Part shown: positions 10,051 to 19,879 of the stretch, one piece after another | Layout: every line of letters starts with the position of its first letter | How positions within the stretch are numbered: the stretch's first letter is position 1 | IMG/VR virus record: IMGVR_UViG_3300030099_007533 | Location: 39,547-103,546 of that record | Length of the DNA: 64,000 nt | Origin: a virus | Reading direction: 5' to 3' (one strand) | Program-made: the position numbers and the translations under genes | The notes under the pieces: generated by a model | Databases searched by the model: none | What the model was told of the DNA's origin: nothing | The model's input: the letters and a program-made list of their open reading frames with translations, nothing else

Positions 10051-10986
10051 CTACACATCAACACATTCATCGTCTACTTTTTCAATTTCCACTTCCTCGT
10101 CTACAAAAGTGAATCCCTCTCTTGCCGCTTCCACTTCCTCATCAGTTGAAATGTTAAAATACCACCCAACAGAAGTTGGATTTAAATTTTCCTCTTCAAA
10201 GTAAAGCTGATCTAAGCTGGCTGTTTGAAAATTGTCTGTGTATCGGTATTTAAACACTTCTAATGTAAAATCCTCTTTACCACTTAAAACATTTTTTTCT
10301 TCGACTGATATTGTAAAATCATTAAACGCTTTATTAAATAAAATAAACGTGTTGTCCCCAGACTTTCTGAAAAGATCTTTAAAATCTATATTTAAATTTT
10401 CTTGAACATCAGAATAGTAAACTGATTCTGTATCATTTTTATCAAACGAAAATTGATTGTAGTCATAACTACAACTTAAAGATAACTGTGGAATTTTTTC
10501 GAAAGATGGTCCAATAGTCCCACCGTGAATGTCGGATGAAGTGAAAGATATTTCTGTTGAGCCTGTGAAAAGAGTTCCGTCGTCAGCAAGTACTTCCCAC
10601 GCAGGTTTATAGTTTGAATATGGAGTAAAAGTCCCCAAACCCTCTATTTGTTTATTTTCTTTTTTAAAGGTGGGAAGGACTGTTATTCCAACCCCTTTTA
10701 AAAACTCATCAAGGAATAATGATAAAGCTTCCTCTTGTAAAACTTGATAGTTTTTTACGCCCTGCTTGGCTGTCGGGGATCTAAGAGTTAATTTATCTTT
10801 TATTCTTGTTTTTATTTCGTTCTGTTCTTCCACAGAGCCAGACCTTATATATTGCAAGTCATAAACAACGTCGTCATCCATAAATTCGTAGTGAGTTGGC
10901 TTAAACCTACCTTGAGATAAAAGCTGACGACCCAATCGTGTTAATTGAACTTCTATTACTTCCTCTTTTTTGTTAAAAAACGTCAT
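10051..10986 (-). CDS. Virion structural protein; N-terminus paralogous to 4751-5719
   Basis: EVQLTRLGRQLLSQGRFKPTHYEFMDDDVVYD aligns with DAVLTDIGRQRLA..F...F.FGDDEINY. Confidence 0.6.
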   Translation of the reverse strand: MTFFNKKEEVIEVQLTRLGRQLLSQGRFKPTHYEFMDDDVVYDLQYIRSGSVEEQNEIKTRIKDKLTLRSPTAKQGVKNYQVLQEEALSLFLDEFLKGVGITVLPTFKKENKQIEGLGTFTPYSNYKPAWEVLADDGTLFTGSTEISFTSSDIHGGTIGPSFEKIPQLSLSCSYDYNQFSFDKNDTESVYYSDVQENLNIDFKDLFRKSGDNTFILFNKAFNDFTISVEEKNVLSGKEDFTLEVFKYRYTDNFQTASLDQLYFEEENLNPTSVGWYFNISTDEEVEAAREGFTFVDEEVEIEKVDDECVDV

Positions 10987-10999
10987 AATTTTTCTCTAT

Positions 11000-11008
11000 A
11001 TAATTAGT
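11000..11008 (-). promoter_or_regulatory. Candidate phage late promoter ACTAATTAT
   Basis: In a 26-nt intergenic gap, 13 nt before ATG 10986. Confidence 0.55.
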
Positions 11009-11012
11009 TGTC

Positions 11013-14000
11013 CTAACATTTCCCTTGAAGTTCCTGCAATCGCCTCAAAGCTTCTGGATCCATAGCATCTCCAACCTCGTTCTGAATTTCTGATAAGATT
11101 TGCAGTTCCGCAAGTTCCTCGTCTGTGCATAACTCTGGGTCACCTGCCTCAACGGATTCGGGGTCTGGACTGTCTGCGTCTATAGCGCCAAAGTCCACTG
11201 CTTCAAAACTGGCAACTGCCGCTGTTGCAAAAGTTGTTGCTGGTGTAGAAACCACTGCCGCAGTTCTTTCTGGCTCAGGAGAAGTAAATTCTGGCTCCCG
11301 CTCTGGCTCTCTTTCTGGCTCAGGCTCTGGTGAGGTAAATGGTATGAAAGTTTCTGGTAGTGGAACAAATTCAAAGCTCTCTGGCTGTTCTGTCACAGGC
11401 TCTGGTCTTGGGCATTTTCTTAATAATTCTTGCAGTCTGTTGGATTCTCTTGGAGTTAGCGTACCCCCAATAGGACCACCCAATGCGCTCTGAGTAGGCT
11501 GGCTTTTATTTATGAGAAGCTGCAACTCTCTTGCGTCCTCGTCAGAACAAACACTTGTTTCTACTTGGCTTGTTGGTTGTAGTTGCGTATTTACTTCTAT
11601 GGGCTGTCCCAAATTAAGTGCTTTAGCCAGTGCGTCTTCTGGTTTGATATATCCTCCACCAGCAATCTGTTTAATTCTATTTGGATTATCGTTCCGCACT
11701 TCAAATTCTACGTCCATCTTTCCAAGCTCAACTAAGCTAAATTGATCGTATGGATAGTTGTAAGAAAAGCGGGATGCACCTGATGTTTTATAGGCGCGGA
11801 CCCCTGTTTTATTTTCAAGCATCTTGTAATAATCGTAGTTTGCCCTCTTTTTGACTTTAAACATTTTCCAGCGTATGTCGTTTGGAATTGAATTTAGACC
11901 ATTATATCTAAAAATTGTTGGTGATAATAATTCTCCATCAACAATCGGGTGTTCTAAGACTACTTTTTGTTTTTGTGCTTTGGTAGCTATTTCTGGCATC
12001 ACTCCTTGCCAGATATTTGCCAAGTCTTGTTTAGTTAAATCACTTGAGAATTCAAAGAAATACATGGCAAAGGGCGGATAAGCTGGTTCAAATGATTGCT
12101 TTGTTCTAAGAATTTGTCTTGCTTCGTCTCTCGTATGAACAAAATCATAGACGGGAGGCAAAACATACTTATCCATTTTCGTGATCATGTTAGAAATTGA
12201 ATCTTCTGTTACTTGGTTATTTCTTACTAAACTATATCTATTTTCAAAAATGTTTATTGGCAATTCAAAAAATTTCTCTTCGCCAGTTTTACAGTCAACA
12301 AAGAAGGGGACCGCACAAACTGCTTCTTCAATCACTTGTCGCGGCTTAATTTTTCCAAACGCTTTAGCCGTTGGTTCAAACCCAACCGCCTGTATTAACG
12401 AACCTGTTAGAGCAGGATTGGTGGTCGTAGTTTCATCCAAACTTATATGAACACGCTTTCTATCAACTGCTGATGCAAGTTCGCCATATTGATGCCACAT
12501 ACCTTGTGTTGCTTCGCCGGGACCAAAAGTTGTAGCGGTGACGTTTACAAAATTTAAAACTGGGCATTCCCATTTAGATCTAATTGTCCATCTATCCTCT
12601 TCTCCTAATTCAAACATGTCAATACTTGCAGTTATTTTCATAAAGTCTGCGCCAGCCACAGCCTCTGATAAATAAGAGGTGTGCTCTATTGTTGAATTGG
12701 CGACAATATCTGCCAAACTAAATGTTGTCTGCCCTCTTCTGTTTGTTGTGGATAGAAGGTTGGTTGGGTCAAACACTAAAGTTGCTTTTGTAAAACCGCC
12801 GCGTGTTACGCCAACGTTTTGTATATTTTTTACAGGACTTGCAGTTGCCTGTGTATAAGAGCCCGGTGGTGCGTGATGATTATATGGGAACGGTCCAAAC
12901 GCTGCTGGGTTACCATATTGTATAAACTCGGATGGGCTTACTATTGTAATATCCATTGCAAATTTTTTGACTTCTGAGCCAACGCTAAGTGGACCTTCAA
13001 ACTGCCATTGTTCTTCAGGTGAAGATTTAAAATTTGTTAAATCATCCAAGAAAAACTCTGGTACCTCAGCAAAAAAGTTGTGTGCCATCAATTCATATAT
13101 GCCGTCACTTCTATTGACAGAACCACTACTATCAATTTGTGTCGATCCGCTGTTAACTATGTGCTCAATCCTACTAACATATTCGCTTGGAGTAATGATC
13201 GCTTCAAATGGGGCAATTGAATTATAGGCTTCTGTCATGCTGGCTGACGGATTTTGTGCTGTAGCGGATTTGTATGGGAACTCGACTGCAAAACCAGCTT
13301 TAATTGAATTTAATCCAATCCCCGGTGCCCAGAACGGCATTAATGTAGTCTCTTGCGAAGCATTGCTCCCCAAAGGAACTGGATCTCCTGAGAAGGCTCC
13401 CGGCAAAGCATATTCTGAATTTGCATGAGAGGATGAAAACTGTTGGGCTAATTGAATAACCCTTTGTTGCGGATAAAATCCTGTCTTTGGAAGTAATTTT
13501 TTAGTTGTATCAAATGTCAGTCTAATTGCAGTTGGTTCGCCATAAAAATCTTTTAATTGTTCAAGGTAAGTTATTTTTTCAGTTTTTCCATAACGCTCAG
13601 AAAAAGAATTGCCAGATAGAGTATCGCTTCCAGTTAAAGAAAAACCATATACCTCTTCTTTAAGAAAGTCACCATCATTTTCACTAATGATCGTGTGAAT
13701 AAAGTCTGAGATGGCAAATTCTGGAATTATTGTCTGATCCTGTCCGATTAGTCTTGTATCTTCTGCAAATTTGTCATAACTTGTGTAAAAAGCTCCAGTC
13801 CCTGCTTGAGCTTGAACTAAATTGTTTGGACGACCCGACCCAGTTGACTCAAACATGTATCTTGCATTTGCCTCTCCATGGCGTTGTGGATCGCCATTTG
13901 AGCCAGTATTTCTCATCAATTCGCCTGATTTCTCTTCTTGAAAAGAACCAGATATACTAACGTCCATGGACCACTGACTGCCATTTATTGTGTAGCCCTG

Positions 14001-17000
14001 TGAGTTAACAAATGTGCTTGCAGTTCGAACCTCTAAATCATCGCTTATCCAGAAAGATACATAGTCTAAACGCTCTCTTGTAGATTCCTTGTAAACATTT
14101 TCATCTTTCGGGTAAACAGTTTCTTTATAATTTATAATATTAAACTTTTGGCTAAACTTATAGAAATCTGTGTTATAGATGTTGACTGCCGGTGTGTCTA
14201 ATTCCAGACTGTAATCTTTAATCTCATTAGACGGGGCTTCATAAACATTGGCATAATAACAAAGATCATTGCCAAGTTCATATTGAATTGTGCCGGTTCC
14301 CTCATCAATAAACTGTTGAACTGGCTTAAATTTAGAAGTGACGGGCGTCTGATTAACAGAGAACTGTGCGCCAAATCTCTCTAATCTCTGTCGGTCATCA
14401 CTTAGCACATCAATTTGATTTCTATATATGTTTTTTCTCTTGTATTCTCTTCCAACTCTATGTTCGCCACCTCTTATTTGTTTAAATGTTGGGTGTTGGT
14501 ATGGACCATTATTGCTCAACAATAGACCGTTTAAAACGTAGGGTGCTGTCGCTGCTGAAAATTCCGGCAAATTATAATAATCACCGGGTCCATCAGAAGT
14601 AGAGGCGGTTGTAAATAAGTTTTTATCCAAAATGACATCGCCAACAATAACGTAATTTGTCCCATTAAATGCAACAGAAACTGGTATATTGCTACCCACA
14701 CCATACTCAATATGACCTTCAGCAATGTATCTTATGTTATCTGAGAAAATATATCCATAGATAGGGGAATAATCACTTGACGAAATATCGGGATTGAAAT
14801 CGCTCGTATTTTGATGGAAAGCTGGGTTTACATTCGTCCCGGTTAACAGACCTGATGTGGAATGCAATGTAGCGTTATTTGGGTATCCTGTTTTTCTTGC
14901 AATCCACGAACTTGCCACCCAACGATATTGCACGTCTGTTCTTGGTATGCCATGACCAACATAAGAATTATCAAAAATAGGCTGAGGTGTATCTAAGGTA
15001 TCTGATAACCTATACACTCCGTTTCTTTGAGTCTTGTAGAAAGCTCCTGATGGCTGTAATAGAACAGAATCATAGCCTCCACTTAAAGTGTGGCGTGTTA
15101 ACAACTCATTGTTGTCTAAGCGAACAATAAGATTCCTATAATTTAGATTGTTGTATGCCGAATATTCTGCTGCCTCCACATCAAGATATGCTAAAGAATT
15201 TACTTCTGGTCCACCGGGGGCGCTAAACCTATTAACAATAACAAACTTATTGCTACCTGTGTGTTCTCTATCTAAGATTCTAAAGTCTTTAAAGAAAAAT
15301 AATCCATCTTCATCATAGCTTAAACTACTTGAAGCATTAACCGAGCCAGTAAAACCATTAGATTTAACGTAGTATCTATTATTTTCTCGACGCCCACTTG
15401 TCTGAATTATTTCATAATCTTTAAAATAATTTGACCCGCTAATATTTTTAATGTTTACAGGTCTTTTAGCTGCTGTTTCTCTTAGCCAAAAACCAAGGGG
15501 TCTATCACTCAAATATTCAGGCTCTGGATTGGATGAAGCGCTGACCATACGAGGGTTGTTAAGATGTATGGTTGTTGGGGTGCTCTCAACTATGTTTAGC
15601 TGGTATCCCTCCTTTCTGATGCGCGGATCAGTTTCTAATAAATTGCCATGGCGATACATATAACCGCCAACATTTTCCTCTGTAAATGGACCTTGAAGAT
15701 TACTGCCCTCGACCCCATTAAAGTCTCTATGTTTTGTCTCAATTTTTATTTCTAAGTTCCTATCAAACAAATATTGTTGATAAGCAGATGTAACTTTAGA
15801 CGCGCTTAAAACATCAAACGGCAAGTATTTTTGTCCAGACAACACTCTTTCGTTTGTTTGGTCTATAATACTTAAAGGAGTTATCCTATTGTCATCATAT
15901 GTTTTATCTGGTGCTTCTTCATAATCATAATATGGTTTCCCATGAACATTTGTGACAGTGGATCTCACATGCATAGAAATTCCATCTTGTCCAACTGTTC
16001 CACTTGACACCCTAAATGAATTTGGAAAATAATTTTTTCTATTTTCACCAGCGAAGCCAACATTCGTTCCAATCGCTCTTGTAGCATCGGCTCTAAAAAC
16101 ATATGGTGTTTGACGGGATCCAGTAACTACTTGGAATTGATTTATTCTTGTTTGTGCTCTATTAACATCAACACTATCAACACCACTCGCTAAAAACTCG
16201 CCGGGACCTCTTTCAACTCTGGTGTTGTACCAAAAAGTTGCATCGCCTTGCCTCATGGTTGAGACTTCATTTGGCGCTCTAATTTCTTGAGTTATATAAG
16301 GTAATTCAGAGGCTTTTGGCTTCGGTCTAAGACTTGTTCTTTCTCGACGGCGTTTTGCCTTTCTAATTTCCTCTGGTAATTTCTTAGAAATGTTTATATT
16401 ATTACCAGCCGGAATGGTTAAATCGAGGTCGGGTGATGCGGGGATTGTTAAACTGGGATCATTACAATTTTCTCCCTTGCAGGGATTGTCCTCTGGGGGC
16501 TTTATAAAGTCTTCTTTTTTATATTCTTTAAGGGAAATATATTTATGAATATATTTGCTTCTTTCCAATATATGGCTTTCAACTATATTTCTAACTTTGT
16601 CAGAAGTTTTTGAAGACGCCGGAATTAAGTTTGATATCACGCTTTCTAAAGCGCCATCAAGCCACTTATATAAATTAACAAATTTATCTAAATCAGGATC
16701 ATTTTTAATATTTTCAAAAAATAATTCTCTTAGTTTTTCCAAGTTTTTGTAATTTGGTCTGTACATGTTGACCGGGTTGCCAATCAAACTATTGAAATCA
16801 CTAATTGACGCAAAGAAGCCCAACATTTCTCTTGAGATTGTATCGTACAAGCTTGTTTCAACTGCAAAATAATATTTGCTTGGGCGGCTCTCTCTTGTAA
16901 ACAAAGAATCATCACCTTCCCTGATTTCAACTAAATCTGAACTGTATAAATTCTCTGGCAACTGTTGTTTTGCAGCATCGACAAATAAGAAGTCTACGAC

Positions 17001-19847
17001 TTTAGTTGAATTAGGGGCAACACCTGCACCTTGACCACTATAGTTCGGACCAACAAATTTAGAGTAATTGCCCGCGCCATATCTATCATCTACTGTTATG
17101 CTTGAACCAGATGTTATATCCTGCACTAAAAATTTACCAGTTGTGCCAGAACCAGTAATATTTTCATAATTCCAGTGCAGACCCAAGGTTTGTATTCTTG
17201 GAATATAGTTTATTTTTTCATCACCTTCAAATATAAAAGAATTGCGCTGAGGTGTTAAACGACCAAAGCCGCTTACATCTCTCGCATGGTTACTTAATTC
17301 ATTGTTTGTCAGGTAATCAAACCACACTCTTGATGAAACAAGCCTTGTGTTCGATTTGTAATTTAATGATCCTGTTATGTTTTCTCTATCAGCGCCAACA
17401 TACATTCTCTTATTAGAGCCTGTTAAAAATTGACCTATCCCGTCACTTATATTCACCTCTGATGAGACAGTAAATTCATTAAGCTTATAACCAGCAACAT
17501 AATTTACACCATAGAACTCTAAATTTAATATATCGGATTGAATAACCTCTTTTGCATACGGATAACCTTTTGGTTTAGTTCTAACTGCAAACGTCCAGTT
17601 TGTGTTATCATACACATCCTCATAGAAAGATGATGTTAAAGAACCAATAGACCCAATGTTAGTTTCTAATACAAATTGAGTTTTGTTAATACTGTTGGTA
17701 TCGGCGTAGACTTTAAAATACACATCTCCGACCGGAATTGTCGTCTGAGTTGTGTCAGCACTTGCGCTGTGGACTCCAAACAAAGAAGCCCTTTCTAACT
17801 TGTCCAAGTAGCCATTTGGAAAATTTACAAATTTTGGAAATTGAAATTGATTTTCAAAGGTTAATGGAATATACGCATTTACTGACGATGACAAGTATCC
17901 GCTATCGCCTGTCTCGGCAGCACTTTTTGATGGATCCGCAAATTGATAGACTACAACTTCTCTATTTTGACCGTCGTTGTAACCAGATAAATCAACCACA
18001 TTTCTTTTAACTAATGATGTTTCGTAGTTTTCCCTAATTTCGTACTCTTGATTATCTGCGTACATGTTCAAGCGAACAAGTTCATCATCAACCCCAAAGC
18101 ATCTAAATAAGTTTCTAAATGATTTTTCAGTTCCTTTTGATTTATTAATGTAATTTAAGTTGTTAAAGATATTTTGAAAAATTAAATTTTTTAAATTAAA
18201 AATCTTATCTTCGTATAAACGTTTTTCATCTTTAAAATATATTTCCTCAATAACGCCGGGGTCAATAAATACATCTGGAATATCAAATCCATAAGAAATT
18301 AAGTTTCTTTTTGAAAATGGATTGGGTTTAGCATTTGAGCCGCTAACATAAGAACCATCTTGTAGTTGTGAAATCGCCGTAATCTGTGCGTGAAGCGTGT
18401 CTAAGTAAGTAGACATAATCTGCACCATCTTACGAATTAAAAGCCCGTTAGCGGCATCGTCGTCCCTTATCCACTGTGGCATCATATTGTACATATTGCC
18501 AAGGTTTTCAGCATCATAATTCGAGCCAGAGGCTTGTTTATCCGCCCTGTATGCTACCACATCTGGGTTCGTGGAATATATAATTGGTGAAGCAACCTCA
18601 GTGGCGACTCCAGATTCCGTAATTGCACTACCCGTTGGACGCGATGTGTGACCGTCTGTATTATATCCAACCCAGACAGCATCAGTTAGCCTCCCTGAAT
18701 AGTCCAGTACGATGCTATCAACTGATGAATCTCCCGTATTACCTTCATTAAATTTATAATATAGAGATAATTCCAGCGGGCTGTCTTCGTTCACCTTCGC
18801 AGTATCAGTATTGCCGCCGCCGCCAACGTCGAAAAAATAATTGATGCCTATCTGTTTAGCATCTCTATTCGTCTTCCAAAGTCTTACCTCGTCAATTTCG
18901 CCAAGTAAGCCGCCTTCGCCCAAATATCCAGATAGGGATGAGGCTGCAACAGTCGCGTCTAACGTACCTGTTAGAAGTAAAACGGGGCTTGCTTTAGTTT
19001 GATATTTCTTTTCTTGAAAATTACCATCAACATAAATTTCTCCAACATACCCTGCCGAGTTGGTTGAAAAAGTTAGTGCATAATGGTGCCATGTATTGTC
19101 TGCTATATTAGATAAGTTAGTTTCAAAATTGTAAGAAAATTCTGTGTTTGTTAACGCCTTGGAAAAGGAAGTTAAAATCTTTGTGGAGGCAGTAACATCC
19201 GTGGTGATTTGAAAAAGGTCATTTTCGGTGTTACTAATCGAGAAAATAACCTCATTTTTGGTGTCAGTGGCATCGGGGAATGTGCCTTTTTTTAACCAAA
19301 ACTCAACTGTTACACCATCCGAGAAGTCCAACTCTACGCTGCCAACTTGATTGGAACCGGTGTTGTAAACTAATTTGTTTGAATAATTATCAGTTAGAAT
19401 ATAGTGACCGTTTCCCTCTGAGCCGCCGAAAGTGAATGTTGTACTACCAACTGTGAACGGCGTCGAAAGAGACCCATCATATATGGAATCTGTAAAATCA
19501 GCATAACCAGTTGTTCTTGGATAATTTTTATCAAATTCGTGTTTTTGGATTGCAGGCAAACCATTACGATATTTCAATCTCTCTGCAAGTGATCCATCAT
19601 ATGGATAAGATTGAACAATACTGTCTACTAAATCAACATAATAATCTTCTGCCAAGCCATATTTTACAAAGTTGGATGGATCTTGAAAATCTAATTCTGG
19701 TATAAAATTTAATTTGTCTTCTGTATATTCTTTAATATAGTTGATAGACTCAACATTTTGCCCAGCGTCATTAATTGTTGATTTTTCTTGACCGCGTATT
19801 TTTGCTTCTTGCGACTTTTGCTTATTGAAAAAACTTTTTGTACCCAT
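11013..19847 (-). CDS. Giant 2944-aa baseplate/tail protein with LamG (concanavalin-like) domain
   Basis: TVEFWLK...WHHYALT...IYVDG...GEIDEVRLW LamG motifs; NKSKGTEKSFRNLFRCFG resembles the KGT wedge/tail-protein-I motif; acidic Pro-rich C-terminal tail. Confidence 0.75.
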   Translation of the reverse strand: MGTKSFFNKQKSQEAKIRGQEKSTINDAGQNVESINYIKEYTEDKLNFIPELDFQDPSNFVKYGLAEDYYVDLVDSIVQSYPYDGSLAERLKYRNGLPAIQKHEFDKNYPRTTGYADFTDSIYDGSLSTPFTVGSTTFTFGGSEGNGHYILTDNYSNKLVYNTGSNQVGSVELDFSDGVTVEFWLKKGTFPDATDTKNEVIFSISNTENDLFQITTDVTASTKILTSFSKALTNTEFSYNFETNLSNIADNTWHHYALTFSTNSAGYVGEIYVDGNFQEKKYQTKASPVLLLTGTLDATVAASSLSGYLGEGGLLGEIDEVRLWKTNRDAKQIGINYFFDVGGGGNTDTAKVNEDSPLELSLYYKFNEGNTGDSSVDSIVLDYSGRLTDAVWVGYNTDGHTSRPTGSAITESGVATEVASPIIYSTNPDVVAYRADKQASGSNYDAENLGNMYNMMPQWIRDDDAANGLLIRKMVQIMSTYLDTLHAQITAISQLQDGSYVSGSNAKPNPFSKRNLISYGFDIPDVFIDPGVIEEIYFKDEKRLYEDKIFNLKNLIFQNIFNNLNYINKSKGTEKSFRNLFRCFGVDDELVRLNMYADNQEYEIRENYETSLVKRNVVDLSGYNDGQNREVVVYQFADPSKSAAETGDSGYLSSSVNAYIPLTFENQFQFPKFVNFPNGYLDKLERASLFGVHSASADTTQTTIPVGDVYFKVYADTNSINKTQFVLETNIGSIGSLTSSFYEDVYDNTNWTFAVRTKPKGYPYAKEVIQSDILNLEFYGVNYVAGYKLNEFTVSSEVNISDGIGQFLTGSNKRMYVGADRENITGSLNYKSNTRLVSSRVWFDYLTNNELSNHARDVSGFGRLTPQRNSFIFEGDEKINYIPRIQTLGLHWNYENITGSGTTGKFLVQDITSGSSITVDDRYGAGNYSKFVGPNYSGQGAGVAPNSTKVVDFLFVDAAKQQLPENLYSSDLVEIREGDDSLFTRESRPSKYYFAVETSLYDTISREMLGFFASISDFNSLIGNPVNMYRPNYKNLEKLRELFFENIKNDPDLDKFVNLYKWLDGALESVISNLIPASSKTSDKVRNIVESHILERSKYIHKYISLKEYKKEDFIKPPEDNPCKGENCNDPSLTIPASPDLDLTIPAGNNINISKKLPEEIRKAKRRRERTSLRPKPKASELPYITQEIRAPNEVSTMRQGDATFWYNTRVERGPGEFLASGVDSVDVNRAQTRINQFQVVTGSRQTPYVFRADATRAIGTNVGFAGENRKNYFPNSFRVSSGTVGQDGISMHVRSTVTNVHGKPYYDYEEAPDKTYDDNRITPLSIIDQTNERVLSGQKYLPFDVLSASKVTSAYQQYLFDRNLEIKIETKHRDFNGVEGSNLQGPFTEENVGGYMYRHGNLLETDPRIRKEGYQLNIVESTPTTIHLNNPRMVSASSNPEPEYLSDRPLGFWLRETAAKRPVNIKNISGSNYFKDYEIIQTSGRRENNRYYVKSNGFTGSVNASSSLSYDEDGLFFFKDFRILDREHTGSNKFVIVNRFSAPGGPEVNSLAYLDVEAAEYSAYNNLNYRNLIVRLDNNELLTRHTLSGGYDSVLLQPSGAFYKTQRNGVYRLSDTLDTPQPIFDNSYVGHGIPRTDVQYRWVASSWIARKTGYPNNATLHSTSGLLTGTNVNPAFHQNTSDFNPDISSSDYSPIYGYIFSDNIRYIAEGHIEYGVGSNIPVSVAFNGTNYVIVGDVILDKNLFTTASTSDGPGDYYNLPEFSAATAPYVLNGLLLSNNGPYQHPTFKQIRGGEHRVGREYKRKNIYRNQIDVLSDDRQRLERFGAQFSVNQTPVTSKFKPVQQFIDEGTGTIQYELGNDLCYYANVYEAPSNEIKDYSLELDTPAVNIYNTDFYKFSQKFNIINYKETVYPKDENVYKESTRERLDYVSFWISDDLEVRTASTFVNSQGYTINGSQWSMDVSISGSFQEEKSGELMRNTGSNGDPQRHGEANARYMFESTGSGRPNNLVQAQAGTGAFYTSYDKFAEDTRLIGQDQTIIPEFAISDFIHTIISENDGDFLKEEVYGFSLTGSDTLSGNSFSERYGKTEKITYLEQLKDFYGEPTAIRLTFDTTKKLLPKTGFYPQQRVIQLAQQFSSSHANSEYALPGAFSGDPVPLGSNASQETTLMPFWAPGIGLNSIKAGFAVEFPYKSATAQNPSASMTEAYNSIAPFEAIITPSEYVSRIEHIVNSGSTQIDSSGSVNRSDGIYELMAHNFFAEVPEFFLDDLTNFKSSPEEQWQFEGPLSVGSEVKKFAMDITIVSPSEFIQYGNPAAFGPFPYNHHAPPGSYTQATASPVKNIQNVGVTRGGFTKATLVFDPTNLLSTTNRRGQTTFSLADIVANSTIEHTSYLSEAVAGADFMKITASIDMFELGEEDRWTIRSKWECPVLNFVNVTATTFGPGEATQGMWHQYGELASAVDRKRVHISLDETTTTNPALTGSLIQAVGFEPTAKAFGKIKPRQVIEEAVCAVPFFVDCKTGEEKFFELPINIFENRYSLVRNNQVTEDSISNMITKMDKYVLPPVYDFVHTRDEARQILRTKQSFEPAYPPFAMYFFEFSSDLTKQDLANIWQGVMPEIATKAQKQKVVLEHPIVDGELLSPTIFRYNGLNSIPNDIRWKMFKVKKRANYDYYKMLENKTGVRAYKTSGASRFSYNYPYDQFSLVELGKMDVEFEVRNDNPNRIKQIAGGGYIKPEDALAKALNLGQPIEVNTQLQPTSQVETSVCSDEDARELQLLINKSQPTQSALGGPIGGTLTPRESNRLQELLRKCPRPEPVTEQPESFEFVPLPETFIPFTSPEPEPEREPEREPEFTSPEPERTAAVVSTPATTFATAAVASFEAVDFGAIDADSPDPESVEAGDPELCTDEELAELQILSEIQNEVGDAMDPEALRRLQELQGKC
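11016..11549 (-). repeat. Duplicated Cys-bounded helical module flanking a PE/EPER low-complexity linker
   Basis: CSDEDARELQLL...RLQELLRKC (11412-11549) and CTDEELAELQIL...RLQELQGKC (11016-11129); between them FTSPEPEPEREPEREPEFTSPEPER, with ~12-bp DNA repeats near 11270-11335. Confidence 0.75.
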
Positions 19848-19853
19848 ATCTTT

Positions 19854-19862
19854 ATAATTATT
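19854..19862 (-). promoter_or_regulatory. Candidate phage late promoter AATAATTAT (variant)
   Basis: Intergenic, 6 nt before ATG 19847; one mismatch to consensus. Confidence 0.45.
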
Positions 19863-19879
19863 TTGCTATTAAATTTTCA

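Noticed and set aside
16300-16510. Short internal repeat (LTIPA twice) and basic stretch in the giant protein
   Set aside because: Looks like an ordinary low-complexity variable loop; no intein or mobile-element signature.
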